DNA of 64,000 nt from Laetmonice hystrix (lineage: Eukaryota). The stretch spans positions 4,218,001 through 4,282,000 of the forward strand of contig OZ249436.1 in the NCBI GenBank assembly GCA_965235115.1, read 5' to 3'. The position numbers and the translations under genes were made by a program. Shown piece after piece: positions 23,401 to 35,440 of this stretch (position 1 is the first letter of the stretch; every line of letters starts with the position of its first letter). A model generated the notes under the pieces. It was not told the origin of the DNA. It ran no database searches and worked only from the letters and a program-made list of their open reading frames with translations.

Positions 23401-23561
23401 AGGACTTGTCTCGAGAAGCTTTAAATGTTAACCAAAAGAGGGCAGCACTGCGGCAAGCCTGGCCCGCAGTGTTGGAGGAAATGGTACGCAGTGCGTTAGT
23501 CGATATGTGGGACATTTCAGCTTACATGAAACGTTGTCTGGAAGACTTAGAAAAGAGCTAG
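8277..23561 (+). CDS. LRRC49: Leucine-rich repeat-containing protein 49 (tubulin polyglutamylase complex / centriolar satellite protein), 3' part. Coding exons 8277-8424, 9653-9736, 10213-10388, 12283-12408, 13483-13702, 21959-22144, 22295-22404, 22975-23116, 23361-23561; 5' exons upstream of window
   Basis: Hand-spliced at GT-AG sites with consistent phases into one open frame. Peptides DGNPFSQDPAYKQAVLRHMQQLRQLDMKRVT|EDERRIASVMARKEEEKKRE, YLAELDGDTLNLYGSGALEALDKNW and LWRPYVLFRLAHFALKKIN match vertebrate LRRC49 as recalled (no search run). Confidence 0.93.
8878..9646. repeat. 21-bp minisatellite (cctgtgaatgttgaccgtc[a/t]g), about 36 copies, abutting LRRC49 acceptor 9652
   Basis: Direct inspection; explains ORFs 8735..9727, 8758..9720 and 8851..9690. 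Confidence 0.97.
9653..9736 (+). CDS. LRRC49: LRRC49 exon (EDERRIASVMARKEEEKKRETNKVQIMK)
   Basis: gctgcag|...aag|gtgagt; 84 nt, phase 0 to 0. Confidence 0.92.
10213..10388 (+). CDS. LRRC49: LRRC49 exon (ERRRLAINNARRQWDVMQG...DDEEDAGS)
   Basis: acattag|...ag|gtcagt; N-terminal part resembles vertebrate EKKRLTINNVARQWD; 3' end inferred from donor and phase. Confidence 0.85.
11126..11565. mobile_element. Non-autonomous TIR element (MITE) with ~130-bp imperfect TIRs and TTAA target site; Kolobok-like termini
   Basis: TTAA(11122-25)|AGGCAGGGTAAACACCCACGGCAA … TTGCCGTGGGTGTTTACCCTGCCT|TTAA(11566-69). Confidence 0.85.
12283..12408 (+). CDS. LRRC49: LRRC49 Ser/Gly/Arg-rich linker exon (SGSRPTSAKSMVSDRDGQPGSRDPSASSSRGTTPDKDKITI)
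   Basis: Pyrimidine tract ctccag|...cag|gtgggt; 126 nt, phase 2 to 2, open. Not conserved by recall, so supported by splice signals and frame only. Confidence 0.7.
12485..12773. mobile_element. MITE, 16-bp perfect TIR CAGGGTTTCCGCCAGA, 5-bp TSD ACATG (hAT-like termini)
   Basis: ACATG(12480-84)|CAGGGTTTCCGCCAGA…TCTGGCGGAAACCCTG|ACATG(12774-78); internal TACCCTAA/TAACCC subterminal motifs. Confidence 0.85.
12861..13476. repeat. 56-bp minisatellite, 11 copies, abutting LRRC49 acceptor 13482
   Basis: ttttgacttattctacccttgatggcgctgtgtatgttgatgatttgatggtggtg. Confidence 0.97.
13483..13702 (+). CDS. LRRC49: LRRC49 exon (…YLAELDGDTLNLYGSGALEALDKNWG…RARFPSVH)
   Basis: gtttcag|...cat|gtgagt; 220 nt, phase 2 to 0. 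Confidence 0.93.
13703..13834. repeat. 22-bp tandem repeat x6 starting exactly at LRRC49 donor (gtgagtagatgaggctcagggt)
   Basis: Direct inspection. Confidence 0.93.
14488..17060. repeat. 30-31 bp G-rich minisatellite (gttacagccagactgggctggtcaggggat), interrupted by a transposon at 15425-16849
   Basis: Arrays at 14488-15424 and 16850-17060 have the same unit. Confidence 0.95.
15425..16849. mobile_element. 1.4-kb non-autonomous DNA transposon, 13-bp TIR CAGGGATGAAAGT, apparent 6-bp TSD CAGGGG (hAT-like)
   Basis: CAGGGG(15419-24)|CAGGGATGAAAGT … ACTTTCATCCCTG|CAGGGG(16850-55); subterminal TCAGGAAATTT motifs at both ends; no transposase ORF recognised. Confidence 0.8.
17110..19505. repeat. 36-37 bp minisatellite (gttacagccagtccggactgtctggcctggcagtcg), about 65 copies
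   Basis: Direct inspection; explains ORFs up to 564 aa. Confidence 0.97.
19755..19928. mobile_element. Short MITE, TIR CAGT(AAGT)AGCGTACCCA / TGGGTACGCCACTG, 5-bp TSD CTGAC
   Basis: CTGAC at 19750-54 and 19929-33 flanking inverted termini. Confidence 0.65.
21150..21439. repeat. 41-bp tandem repeat x7 (tgtatgtaagggttgacacagtccagcaaacaatggttact)
   Basis: Direct inspection. Confidence 0.95.
21615..21905. repeat. 22-23 bp minisatellite (catgactgaatagtatcgcagc), about 13 copies, ending ~50 bp before LRRC49 acceptor 21958
   Basis: Direct inspection. Confidence 0.95.
21959..22144 (+). CDS. LRRC49: LRRC49 exon (TLNFSATNIHSLQQLNALGALRRLDNL…FRLAHFALKKINDVE)
   Basis: cttcctag|...gag|gtaagt; 186 nt; overlaps ORF 22001..22183. 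Confidence 0.93.
22295..22404 (+). CDS. LRRC49: LRRC49 exon (ITAGDIVNAEKFFGPLAQITTSHLPSSRLSNLLGEN)
   Basis: gttccag|...aa|gtaagt; 110 nt, phase 0 to 2. Confidence 0.9.
22494..23017 (+). repeat. ~130-bp tandem repeat x4 spanning an LRRC49 intron/exon junction
   Basis: Acceptor ggttaccag|gaggaggcag at 22578, 22708, 22837 and 22974. Confidence 0.95.
22975..23116 (+). CDS. LRRC49: LRRC49 exon (RRQLLAVTEDKLRK…VGRAGLLYAAPDTLHQKLH)
   Basis: ttaccag|...cac|gtgagt; 142 nt, phase 2 to 0; uses the last of four duplicated acceptors. Confidence 0.85.
23361..23561 (+). CDS. LRRC49: LRRC49 terminal coding exon (EQQSRQDFVRSYIKDL…AYMKRCLEDLEKS*)
   Basis: gttgtag|; TAG stop at 23559-23561; WP and YMK motifs as in the vertebrate C-terminus. 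Confidence 0.92.
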   Translation, partial: EQQSRQDFVRSYIKDLSREALNVNQKRAALRQAWPAVLEEMVRSALVDMWDISAYMKRCLEDLEKS

Positions 23562-26500
23562 CAGCGGCTGGCATACAGAGGAAATACTTCCTATTAATGT
23601 TATGTGTTCGTCGGAATGTCGACAGCCATCATTTCGACACAACGGTTCTGAAATGGGAATTGGGATGTCTTAGCTTGTGTAGAGTGCAAGCATGGACGTC
23701 AAACTTACAATTAGGTGAATTACATGATATAAAACAACATTTTGGATCTCCATTGAGATGATCTCAGCAGTAGAACAGTCAATGATTGTAAAACTGTGAA
23801 CATACCCCCCCCCCCGACTTATTTTACTTGTGTTGTCTTTGAGACATGGTGGGGAACTACAGGCTGTTGTTACCGGGCACGGTTGGTAAGTCTGCCGAGA
23901 GAGGGCAGCACAAACTGTCTTACCGACTGATGGCTTCCTCGGTTATTTGTCTCTGAAGGTCCCATAAAACTCTAATTTCTCCCGCACCAACCTCAACAAA
24001 ATAGTTGTTGCGAAGTACAGATTATATTAAGATACATGTGTATGGGAAGCAATATTTTGTTTACATGTGAATAAGCTGTGATATCACGCTCAGATACGTC
24101 ATGTCAGAATTTGATACCCATCCATTTTGACATAATGACGTGTGGTTGAACGTATGTGTTGATCCAATCCGTCCATACTTACTAGAGCCTCTCTCGACAT
24201 TCCTAAAGGGTGAACATGGGTTATGCTGCATTCTCCCACCTACAGATCCTCCATGGAAATTTTGAAAAGGAAACTTTAGCCGACTTACCAAAACCAGTCA
24301 GAGTTCATGTGTCGGTGCGCGCCATACTGCGGAGTGATACAACACGTAGATCCTCGGCCGTCTCAATGGCCGCGGATCTCCGAGATAGTTTCGTAGTTTT
24401 CCGTTACCACCAGATGGCGCCAGTGATAATGTTATAATACGCTGTCATCGAGTGTTCCCCATACCCCAGTATAATCATCTGATGATGATAAGTAGGCCTA
24501 TTCACCAGAAGTTTCTGCCTTATCTTACGATATAGCTTAGTCCTAGACTCGGATCGACAGCTGCATATCGAGTCGAAAGTCAAAGAAACGGGGTTAATAA
24601 CGTTTATCGGCATCTGCAGTCAATCCCTGTGACGTCAGGAATGTGATGGTCTCATTCCCCAAACGGTCAGTAGTGTTCACAGAGCACGACATTGGCCTGT
24701 TGTGTTTACTGAGGAGGACCCCACCCCCCACCCCCTACTCGATGAAATATGAACGCGGTTACTGAGCAGAAATGTATAGATAAGAAGCTTACGGCAGCGG
24801 AGAGGTTGGTTTATTCCTGACTGAATAAATGATTACTAGCAGTAGGCCTACGTAGATATTCTGTCATTTATTTTTGTCACAGAAATAATCGTATCTCACA
24901 GATGGCATGATTCTAAGTGTGACGGGGGGGGGGGGGGAGTTTCCCCTCCCCCCGTCCTTTAGAAATCCGAGGTCGCCCTCTCGTTCGAGATTGGCGCAGC
25001 AGTACAAGAACCACAGGAAAGCAACTGGGTTGGACCAACTTGCTAGCATTCATCGTAAGGTGTCGCCACCTGTCGGTGGACGGGCTTCCCATCGCTATCG
25101 TCGGAATGTGACAAGGAGGCTTGAGCTTCTCTCCGTCTTACATTCTGATGGTTCGTGTTGAAAAAAAGGGAACCAAGACGGTTTAGTTCCCATATGTTTC
25201 CATATCGCACCGAAAGCAGAAAGCGTACTGCACCTGCCTAGGGCGCCACCTGGTTAGTAAAAATAAAAACAGTCGCATAGGCTTTCATCTCTTTCCGCTA
25301 GATGGCGGTAGGTGCGACAGCGCTCGCTGGGGCGTGACGAGTTTGACTTGGTAGTGGCGTAGGGTAGGCCCTATAGCTTATGATATAGCGTAGGGCCTAT
25401 GGTGTAGAGAAACTGTATTAAAATGGCATAAAGATTCTGCGCCTAACACACACTAGGCATATAGGGCCTAGTAGTAGACGGTCTAATTAGTCAGCATTAA
25501 TCCAAAATAACCGCAAGATTTCAAAATGTGAAAGGCCTAAAAGTGACTGTTAGTAGGTAGATCTCCATATCAGAAATGCTACATTTTGCAGGGTGAAGTA
25601 TACGCCTAATATATTAGGCATACATAATATTATGAGTCAGTCGGATGGCTTCACGTACTGACAGATCTAGGCATAGATCTACAGGCCAAACTCTCATGCA
25701 TGTCTCAGATAATTTTAAATTGCGAAACAGTATGAGCAGATATTAGGCCTAGACCTACTTTAGGCCTATACGATGGCCGACTGACAGTGCTAATAGACCT
25801 AGAGATCTACAATTGTAACCAGATTTGTAGCACAAAATATATGTTTCCCATTTGAAAACTACTCGACCGAATTGGATGATTTTGGTGTTATTCATTAAAA
25901 TAATCCTTACACCATTTTCTACCAGAGGTTTGGGTATTGGGATTACGATGTTATGCTTTTCTGTTTTATTTTATGTGCCCATTGGAAGCTAGGCCTGGAA
26001 CCCAACCTTCCAAAGTGAGACAATCACTCACCGCACCTGGCCCACTGTAACTAACCAATAGGTCTAAAAGCCCAAGGCCTTGTATCTGAATTGGTCGAGC
26101 TAGTGAACCTTTACTGGCAAACTTTCATCATTTGGCCACCAGTCCGTGTTTACAAAGTCAACAAAAAGATTCTACTGCGCACCCTCATCTTATCCGTCGT
26201 TATGCACCCGCACGCACATGCGCAGTTTGTTTGTAGACCACACGAAAATGTGACGTATCAAACATCGTGTGTGGCCCGGATGTTATCAAGGTCAAGGAGT
26301 TGCACGTGACTTTATAAAGACCTCCACCCTTATTTTTGCCCTTAGCACCGCATCACAAAAGTTGGGTTCGTCCCTTTGTGGAACTCGATTCAAACACGTG
26401 TGTATTGTCATAACTTTCTAATTCACATCCACCTGTGAATGTTGTAATAGATTGCCTGCCATGTTCTATAGTGTCAACAGTCGGTTGTTTCCTTTAGCTC

Positions 26501-28616
26501 TGCCACCCAGCTCAGACGTGAAGTGCCCGCCACCAGAGTACGCCTCTAAAGTGTTCTCGATATTGTACACGCGGCAAAAGGGGGTCAAAATAAACATTTT
26601 CAATAAAGCCTCTTACGGTATAAATGCTAACTATATTGATATCAAAGACATATTTATTCAAATGGGACTGATGCAAGTCACGCGCATATCTCGTCAGGGC
26701 TAGTTATCAATATTCATGGGGTGATCAGTCTCCTTTAGTCTGAGGTCAACTTCAGGTCCTACTGATGTCAACCATTGATCTGGCTAAAAACTGCACCAAC
26801 CCGTTACAACGGCAGTGGGTCATTAACACCCTCAGAGACTGAGTAACCTACCGCACGCATGGACCATAGATCACTACACATCTATGCATGGACCATAATA
26901 AAAGGTCCGTTCACATTCATTTTGACAAAATACTAAAGCCTTGCATCTTCAAGAATGTACTCTGAGGCTTTATAAGTTAGGCCTACTCCAGTGGTGTAGG
27001 GGTTTCTATAGAACCAGTCCTCTATATTACTGACATTGTCAGAGAATTAGCACGGCTGATAACATTTTATAGGGCTATGACGTTTTGAACTCAAGCTGAG
27101 GTTCTGAATCTGTCATCATCCAACGAATAGTCCTAAAGGTTACCATGGGACCAACAGGAGGACACCAACCATCTCCTGCTGACAGGATATATGTGAACGG
27201 TGTTAAAAAGTAAAGTTTGGGTCTGACTATAGATCTATACCCGGTTTCTATACACAGGGTAAGTGTCGGGACCGAATTTTGGCCTCTGAGGATCTTAGAG
27301 TGTTTTGTCAACAGGTGGCGCCCTATGTGGTAGGTACACGTGTAGGGATATTGGCACTCGCCCATTCGATTCCACCCAAACCAACACCAAATTAAAGACC
27401 CCTCGTGGCTTACTTTTTTTCTCCCCTGAAGGGTATCCAAAGGTCACCAATGGGTCATAGATTTGGGCGCAATCAGATTTGCCACGTGGCAGGTGACGGC
27501 AAGGGCGCTGCGGGGTCGACAGATAGAATTACACGGTTCTGTGTGATCTACCAGTCATAACCCCCCGCCCTCACTGCCAACAAAAAATAAAACGACCGTA
27601 GTCATATCATTTACCACGCTCGTCGATACGGACGGCTGAGTGGGCACTGCCGGGAAACCCACCAACCGTTAACTAGAGCTCTCAGTAATTCAGCAAGTCT
27701 CACTTTGAGGGCAGTGCTGGCGTTTGGGGATTATTCCAGCTCGTGTTTTCCTGGCTCCAAATGCGCCCGAACTTTTAATGGAATTAGATTATGCGACGAT
27801 CTACCTTTGTTCAACGCTTCCGCGAATTGGACTGAGTGCTTAATCTGATTTAGCTATCCCTTTGAACGACCCGATACCTGTATTCTTTATATCCTGGCGG
27901 CAAATGGTGATTTCTATCATTTAACTAACTGGACCCGGAGCCTGGGGCTGTCAGATCGGGGCATGGGACCCTAAGTCGGCAACGACTGGGGCTATGTGTT
28001 CGATATGGCGTGGGAAGGTAAACATGTATTTTTGTTACAGATCACTGAGTTTGCTTTCATGAAACATTGGTTGCTGTTTCACTGCTGGGAAGATTTTAGA
28101 GGAGAGACTGTAGGGGACGTGCATGTTAGGTCTTTTGTCTGCAATAGGGGCCTACTGATGGAAGCGATCGGCGTTACCATAAAATTGAAGTTGTATCGTA
28201 AAATAGATGACTACAACTTCGGTATAGACAGTAGAGTAAAAGGTATTTCTAGAAATTCTACATCTTAATTTGTTTTACAAGTTATTAATGTGAGCTTGAT
28301 AGTTAATTCCGCTCCCTATCTCGGTCGACTGCATGCTGTTTCTGATCGGACATTGAATGAGCAAGAAACGAATCAAAGCTTAACATGGCTTCAACCTTGG
28401 ACTACGCTACATGACACGCCTCTACTGGAAACATATCCCTTGTTTATAAACCAGACTTTTGGAAGGGATTGGCATCAAACCTGGGCGTGAACAAGCAGGC
28501 GGACACAGAGTCCTCTATAGGGCCTACCCAGCAGGGAGGCAGCCAAGTGCAAGACAATAAAAGTGCCTTTTTTTCGGAGGGTAGTCAATGAGCGAACCAC
28601 AGAAAAACCACAAGAC

Positions 28617-28781
28617 AACCAAGGCCTTCAGAAGGGCTGTAGATGGTCCGGGAATAGAACCAAGGCCTTCAGAAGGGCTGTAGATGGCCCGGGGATAGAA
28701 CCAAGGCCTTCAGAAGGGCTGTAGATGGCCCGGGGATAGAACCAAGGCCTTCAGAAGGGCTGTAGATGGCCCGGGGATAGA
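28617..28781. repeat. 41-bp tandem repeat x4 (aaccaaggccttcagaagggctgtagatggcccggggatag)
   Basis: Direct inspection. Confidence 0.93.
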
Positions 28782-31700
28782 AGTGAGCAGCACATGTTAT
28801 CACCGGCTTACTGCGTTTAACAACGACTTCTAATGTTGACGAAGGTTCGCGTGTTGTTACCGAGAGTTCGACCAACCCTATAATTACAGGAGCCCATGCC
28901 GGGTCACGTGAGGTGGTATTGACCTTGAAATGACCATCGTCCGGTGCATGTCAGGGCCATGGTGAACATGGCTGTATTCAACATGTGACAACGTCCCGAC
29001 CTGGTCAGTCAGAGAGGACCTTTCGTCTTGACCTTCCGACATGGTGACGTGAGTGATAAGACGTTGCCATGGCGGTTTCATGCACGTGTGCAGAACATGA
29101 CGTATGAACGCTCGAGGCTGTGTCATCATGTCGTTTCATTACGTTAAATTATTTGCCGCCCGAGCGTGTGTTTTTGTTGTCACCCACGGAGCCGGTACTT
29201 GAAAGATGTTTGTACTACATTCGACCTGAAATTAAAATGCTTCTTCAAACTTACACCAGCGGCCAACGCGCTGGTGGCCACACGTCTCTGCATGCATTCA
29301 AAAATCTGAAACAAATGGCTTTTAACATGCGAAGGCAATTTGATGGGTAGGCCAGTAGGTAAACTTGTGAGACAGCCCGTACGTCTATACGTCAGCCAGC
29401 TGACCCTCAAACAAACCATACATAGCGTCTCGGCCTATTACACGAGTTGTAAACGCTGGAAGCCATTCCTTTTATCAATCTGTCGATGTCTGATCGTGCT
29501 CATCATACAGTGAAACGCTGGGCCCAGGTGTGGAAGTATCGTTGGTACCATTATTGCCCCATAGGGGGCAGCACCATAGAATGACGCCTTCGTCGTGAAG
29601 ACACAGAACGTTCGGCCCGTGTATTTTCGATGCGTTTTGGAAATTACGACATAGATCTAACGCAATAATTGCATCTATTTGGAAAATTAGCTTTCTCTAG
29701 TATACAAAGCTATAATGTCATGAGAATGTAGTCGTAACCTATACGTATTCTTCGCTAGAAATCACTGTGTTGCACACTATATCATAATAACCAAATATTA
29801 CAAGAGACCCCCGAGGAAGATGTCGACAAGTTTTTAGGCTCTCATATAGGACTTCATATCTTATTTTCCATTTTTCTTTTTCTTTTTTTTTGGGGGGGGG
29901 GGGGGGCTAGGTAGGGGTTCCCATGGGTCTGCATGGGCGGATCCAGGATTTTGGTAAAGGGGTGAGGGTTAGTGAGGGGACCCCCGTGACCCCCCCCCCC
30001 CCCCGCTAGTGGTTTGCATTGAAATCTTGTCATATAGACAGAGATTTAATTGCACAACGTGAGCACGTGGCAGATCTCGGATCTACTTCTGTCGACTCCT
30101 GTCCTCAAACACCCATACCTTCGGCGTGACGTCACTGGCTGAGGTGTACCAAGGGCGCGTGGACGCTCGTGCTGCCCTCTATCGGTTGGACTGGTAGATC
30201 TGTGATCGGCGTGCTCCATGGCGTGTGTCTGGGGCGTGCCTCCCTGACGGAAGTGGGGCCCCACGGACGCCGAGGCTGACATCAGAGACGTTCTCTGGTC
30301 CCCAGGGGCGGCCACAAGAAAGGCGCCTTTCATGTCCGCCTTTCATAAGTCACTGCCGCTACTTAGATCAGCTAGTCTATAGGGCACTGAGGCCCTAGAC
30401 ATATACATGTGTCCCACTTCCATTTGCGTTGAGTTGAAATTGAATTGGATGATTTATTTGAGCTCGCGTATTTATGTCTTTTCAGGATAAATGTAAAGAA
30501 ACTAAACTTGTTGGTAACGGTCCGATGCGCTCTGTGCCCTGAGGTGGTCTCCGACTGAACGAATGAGTAGAAATGGGGTGTAGGCCTAACTACCAAATCT
30601 TCCCAAAACTTCTTACCATTGAAAGGATCAGAGAACATTTGAATAGACCTGTTTGAATAGGTCTAGATCTCTATAGGCCTACCGTTAGGAGTGGTGGCTG
30701 AGATATAAAGTTTTCAGACTTTGAAAGAATTGAGGCCTGTGCAATAAGTATTGCGTCTTTCCTCGATCTGAGTGGTGGTCTCTGTGAGTAGAGATCTATG
30801 GTTTGTATATCTATAGACGTGGCTGCAATCTCGCCTTTCATCTACTCGCGATCTTTGTAAGTAGGGAGCGTGGCCAAGTGACCTTGGGGATGTCATGTTA
30901 ATAGGGTCAGCAGGGTCAGGTGGGTGGGTACCATACATCACCAGGTTCTCTACATACTGACATATCACTCCGCCCAGTGAGACGGTCTGCCCGACCATCG
31001 GACGACCACAGTCCCGTACCACAGACAGGTGCTACCACTTATATATTATACTGAGTATAATATACAATCCAACCTTTTTAAAACATCTAAATGAGTGAAT
31101 TTCTGAACCTTTGCAAATATTAGGTCTACATATAACCGGCGGATTTTTAAAAACTATCACTATAATGTAAAGATAATATAGCTCTCTGCTGTAGACTCTA
31201 TACAGTCGGGTAATGGTTGTAATATTAGATATAAAGGTTTGCCATTTCACTTAAGGATTTTTGAATGATAATGCTTAAATTCGGCTAGCCCCGGTGGGCC
31301 TACTTTACACGTGCCTGTGTCATTAATACATGGTAGGTATAAGGTCCCGACGTGCCAAATCGGTCATGCAGTCTGAGTCCTTGGCAGCATTTAAAAACCT
31401 TTCTTTAAGCACCACTAGAATATAAATGCACGCCCTGATTTCCAAGCGTTGGTGAGTTCTGACCACAAGCAGTCAAGACCGAGATTATAAAACTGACGCT
31501 TGTGTCCAATGGTGATGGATGACGCCACCAGGTGCAAGAAGCGCCACCGCAGCCGCCTTTGGCAGGTGAGGGGCGGCCGAGATGCGGCCTAGCGTCGGCT
31601 GATGAGATGATGTCAGCGCCATGAAAGCGCCATGTCAGACTCTGGGTTATAATTGCGGAGCGCGACCGAGTGCTTCTTGAAAAAGGGAGCCGAACGGGTA

Positions 31701-33317
31701 TAGAGGTCGACGGGGGGCAGGCGACTTAATCGAAGTGAAAAGTTGTGATTTCCCTGTCGTGGACAGAAAGGGTCGGGCAGGCTATGGCATTATAGCGCCC
31801 GAATACTAATATAGGCCTAAGCCATTGACTGCAATTCTAATGTTGGCACGTATTTAATGGCATACCTACTTTCACGAAGGTCGTCCTATAGTAAAGGCTC
31901 CTACCCCTGAGAGCTAGAATGCCCTGTTAATGGATGCCTAGTGTTATTTGAACCCCTGACAAAATTCCATGAGTAGCCTACTACATTCGCTATAGAAAGA
32001 CGAATCGAGATAGGCCTAGTATATCTTGCAAAAGAAACCTATAACAATTTTCACATGCACATTTTTCATGCCAGCCATGCATGCATGAATGTACTAAACA
32101 CTTGGAAAATGTGTACATTTTTTAATGAAATTATAATAAGATGTTATAAAGCATTCTTTGCTTGTTTATCTTCAATAATCATATACATGTATCTCCTATT
32201 ATCAGAGATAAAGCATTTTAACTTTGGCTACTTCTACATTTTTTCAAAATAAAAACGCTTAGTTTTTGGCCATAAATTGTCGGGCTTGAATAAAACACGC
32301 GTACATTGTACCACACATCCCTGCATGCACGCATCATAACATGTTTAGGTCTATATTTAAATGTTGTACATGTGTGTATACACGCTACCCATGTCCTTTG
32401 AAAGCAGGCGTGGTGACTATAAAAATTACCAAACGTGTGCGCCTGACACTTAGAACGTGGTAAGTGATAGGAATGAGATCCTCTCCTTCATTACAAGGCT
32501 ACTCTGAACATAGATATTTACAATTAACATGCATTTTCTGCCCGTGTGCGCATGTGCAGTGATGTGGGCGCGCGGCGGGACTGCGCATGCCTGAGGTGAA
32601 GTCTCGCAGCGAATGGAGTCCAGAAAGTGACGCTCTCAGGGCGGCGTGTGTCTGACCCCTGGCGGCAGCGTCCCATGGCACGCGTGCTTCCTTTGACGGC
32701 CTGTCAAGGTAAACGTCAGGTTAGGTTTTGGAGGACGGTGAGGGGGATTAGTCCACCGAACCGAGTGCCTGCCCCCCACCGACACGCTCAACCAAACAGC
32801 ACACTCTACACCATACTATGTCAACAAAATATAAGAACAAAATATGTAAGCATGTCAGTTAATACCGCCGATACAAAACAGTAGGCTGGAGATGTCTGGT
32901 TATTTCGATTATGAATACGGTTTTTTAAATTTCCTTTTTTAAACGAAAAAGAAAGTAGGACGCAAATGTAGGCTATGAAAAGAGAATGGCACCATGCACA
33001 TCAGTGACATGCATGCATGCATGCATGGCATGGCGGCATGGCGTTGACATATTACCTTGGAGGGAGGACGGGCGGGGGAGTCATTCCTTTATCATGTTTG
33101 AGAATATACGGGTACATTGATGCTCATGCATGCATGATCACGTGGGGGGGCGGGGGTCCCATAGAGAGTTCCCATGAAACTGCAATAGGGGTTAGGGTTA
33201 TAGGGCTAGGGTTAGGTTTTGAGATGGGGATAGTGCTAGATTCTTGTATCATACATGCACTTCCACGAGGTTTTACCCTCATGAATGTGGCCTCGTACTC
33301 GGTGAAATCGGAGTCTA

Positions 33318-34190
33318 TCTTATGATGGACATGGGCAATACCTTATGATGGACATGGGCAATACCTTATGATGGACATGGGCAATGCCTTATGATGGACA
33401 TGGGCAATGCCTTATGATGGACATGGGCAATGCCTTATGATGAACATGGGCAATGCCTTATGATGGACATGGGCAATACCTTATGATGGACATGGGCAAT
33501 ACCTTATGATGGACATGGGCAATACCTTATGATGGACATGGGCAATACCTTATGATGGACATGGGCAATACCTTATGATGGACATGGGCAATACCTTATG
33601 ATGGACATGGGCAATACCTTATGATGGACATGGGCAATACCTTATGATGGACATGGGCAATACCTTATGATGGACATGGGCAATACCTTATGATGGACAT
33701 GGGCAATACCTTATGATGAACATGGGCAATGCCTTATGATGGACATGGGCAATGCCTTATGATGAACATGGGCAATGCCTTATGATGGACATGGGCAATG
33801 CCTTATGATGGACATGGGCAATACCTTATGATGGACATGGGCAATACCTTATGATGGACATGGGCAATACCTTATGATGGACATGGGCAATACCTTATGA
33901 TGGACATGGGCAATACCTTATGATGGACATGGGCAATACCTTATGATGGACATGGGCAATACCTTATGATGGACATGGGCAATACCTTATGATGGACATG
34001 GGCAATACCTTATGATGGACATGGACAATACCTTATGATGGACACGGGCAATACCTTATGATGGGCATTGGCAATACCTTATGATGGACATGGGCAATAC
34101 CTTATGATGGACATGGGCAATACCTTATGATGGACATTGGCAATACCTTATGATAGACATGGGCAATGCCTTATGATGGACATGGGCAAT
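33318..34190. repeat. 23-bp minisatellite (ccttatgatggacatgggcaata), about 38 copies
   Basis: Direct inspection. Confidence 0.97.
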
Positions 34191-34700
34191 AAATACCTTT
34201 CGCACACTTTTGTCAAATGTTTTAACACAGGAGCATATCGAACAATTCCCACACACGAACAACTTTTATAACTTCTAAATATATACAGCATGGAGATATT
34301 AACCTAAATACATGCCCCAAACCTGTGATACACACATGTATGCAATCATAAAAATCAACTTCTCCGATTCTTCACTCTTCACGTGAGATTAAGGCCCATT
34401 GTGGCGTGCTTCTTTAAAACTGGACGTTCGCCTTTGATGGGAGTTGACAACCCTCGCTGTCAGGTAGAGTTTGCGCATTCTCTGGTCTAAGATACCAGAC
34501 ATGACGGCGCCCAGGTAACCAAGTCAGTCGGCCTTCATTTTGGCAGGTCAATGGAGGGTTGTTGAGGTGGAAAGGTCTGGGAGCGTCATGGAGCGCCAGG
34601 GAGCGCCAGGGAGCGTCAGGGCCAAGTGGTGGTTGTCTTCGGGACTGGTGACGCTCACAGCGGGGAGCGACACTGACGTCCGGCGCCACACACTGGGCGA

Positions 34701-35003
34701 GGGTACTGGCCAGTCGGTGGTCACGGCTGATCGGCCGCGGGGAACCAGACCTCGGTATACCGGGGGTACTGGCCAGTCGGTGGTCACGGCTGATTGACCG
34801 CGGGGAACCAGACCTCGGTATACCGGGAGTACTGGCCAGTCGGTGGTCACGGCTGATCGGCCGCGGGGAACCAGACCTCGGTATACCGGGGGTACTGGCC
34901 AGTCGGTGGTCACGGCTGATCGGCCGCGGGGAACCAGACCTCGGTATACCGGGGGTAGGCCTACTGGCCAATCGGTGGTCACGGCTGATCGGCCGCGGTA
35001 TAC
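34701..35003. repeat. 63-bp GC-rich tandem repeat, about 4.7 copies
   Basis: tactggccagtcggtggtcacggctgatcggccgcgg… at 34704, 34767, 34830, 34893. Confidence 0.93.
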
Positions 35004-35304
35004 CTCCGTGCTAAAATCCCCACCAAAGTGGCGGTATCGGTTAGGAACAGGTCATCGAGAGCAAAGGCAGGGGCGGATCCAGAGCTGGTCCGCCGGCCAT
35101 GTTCCCCCAGAAAAAAAAATGAAAAATTGGATTGCTTTATTGTGTTTTATGTAAGAAAATGACAAAAAAATCAGATTGAAAAAAGCTTAGAAGCTAAACC
35201 TTTGACTAGTTTCCAGAAAACGGTCGAAACCCCCCTAGAAAGGAATACATTTTTCGGGTGCATGGGTAAGGGTGAGCAAGGGTACCTGGATAAGGGACAG
35301 ACAC

Positions 35305-35440
35305 ACCCCACGGCCCCACATCAGGGCCCTCACGGCCCCACATCACGTCCCTCACCGCCCTACATCACGGCCCTCACCGCCCCACATCACGGCCCTCACC
35401 GCCCCACATCACGGCCCTCGCCGCCCCACATCACCGCCCA
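35305..35440. repeat. 22-bp C-rich repeat (cggccctcaccgccccacatca), about 6 copies
   Basis: Direct inspection. Confidence 0.85.
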
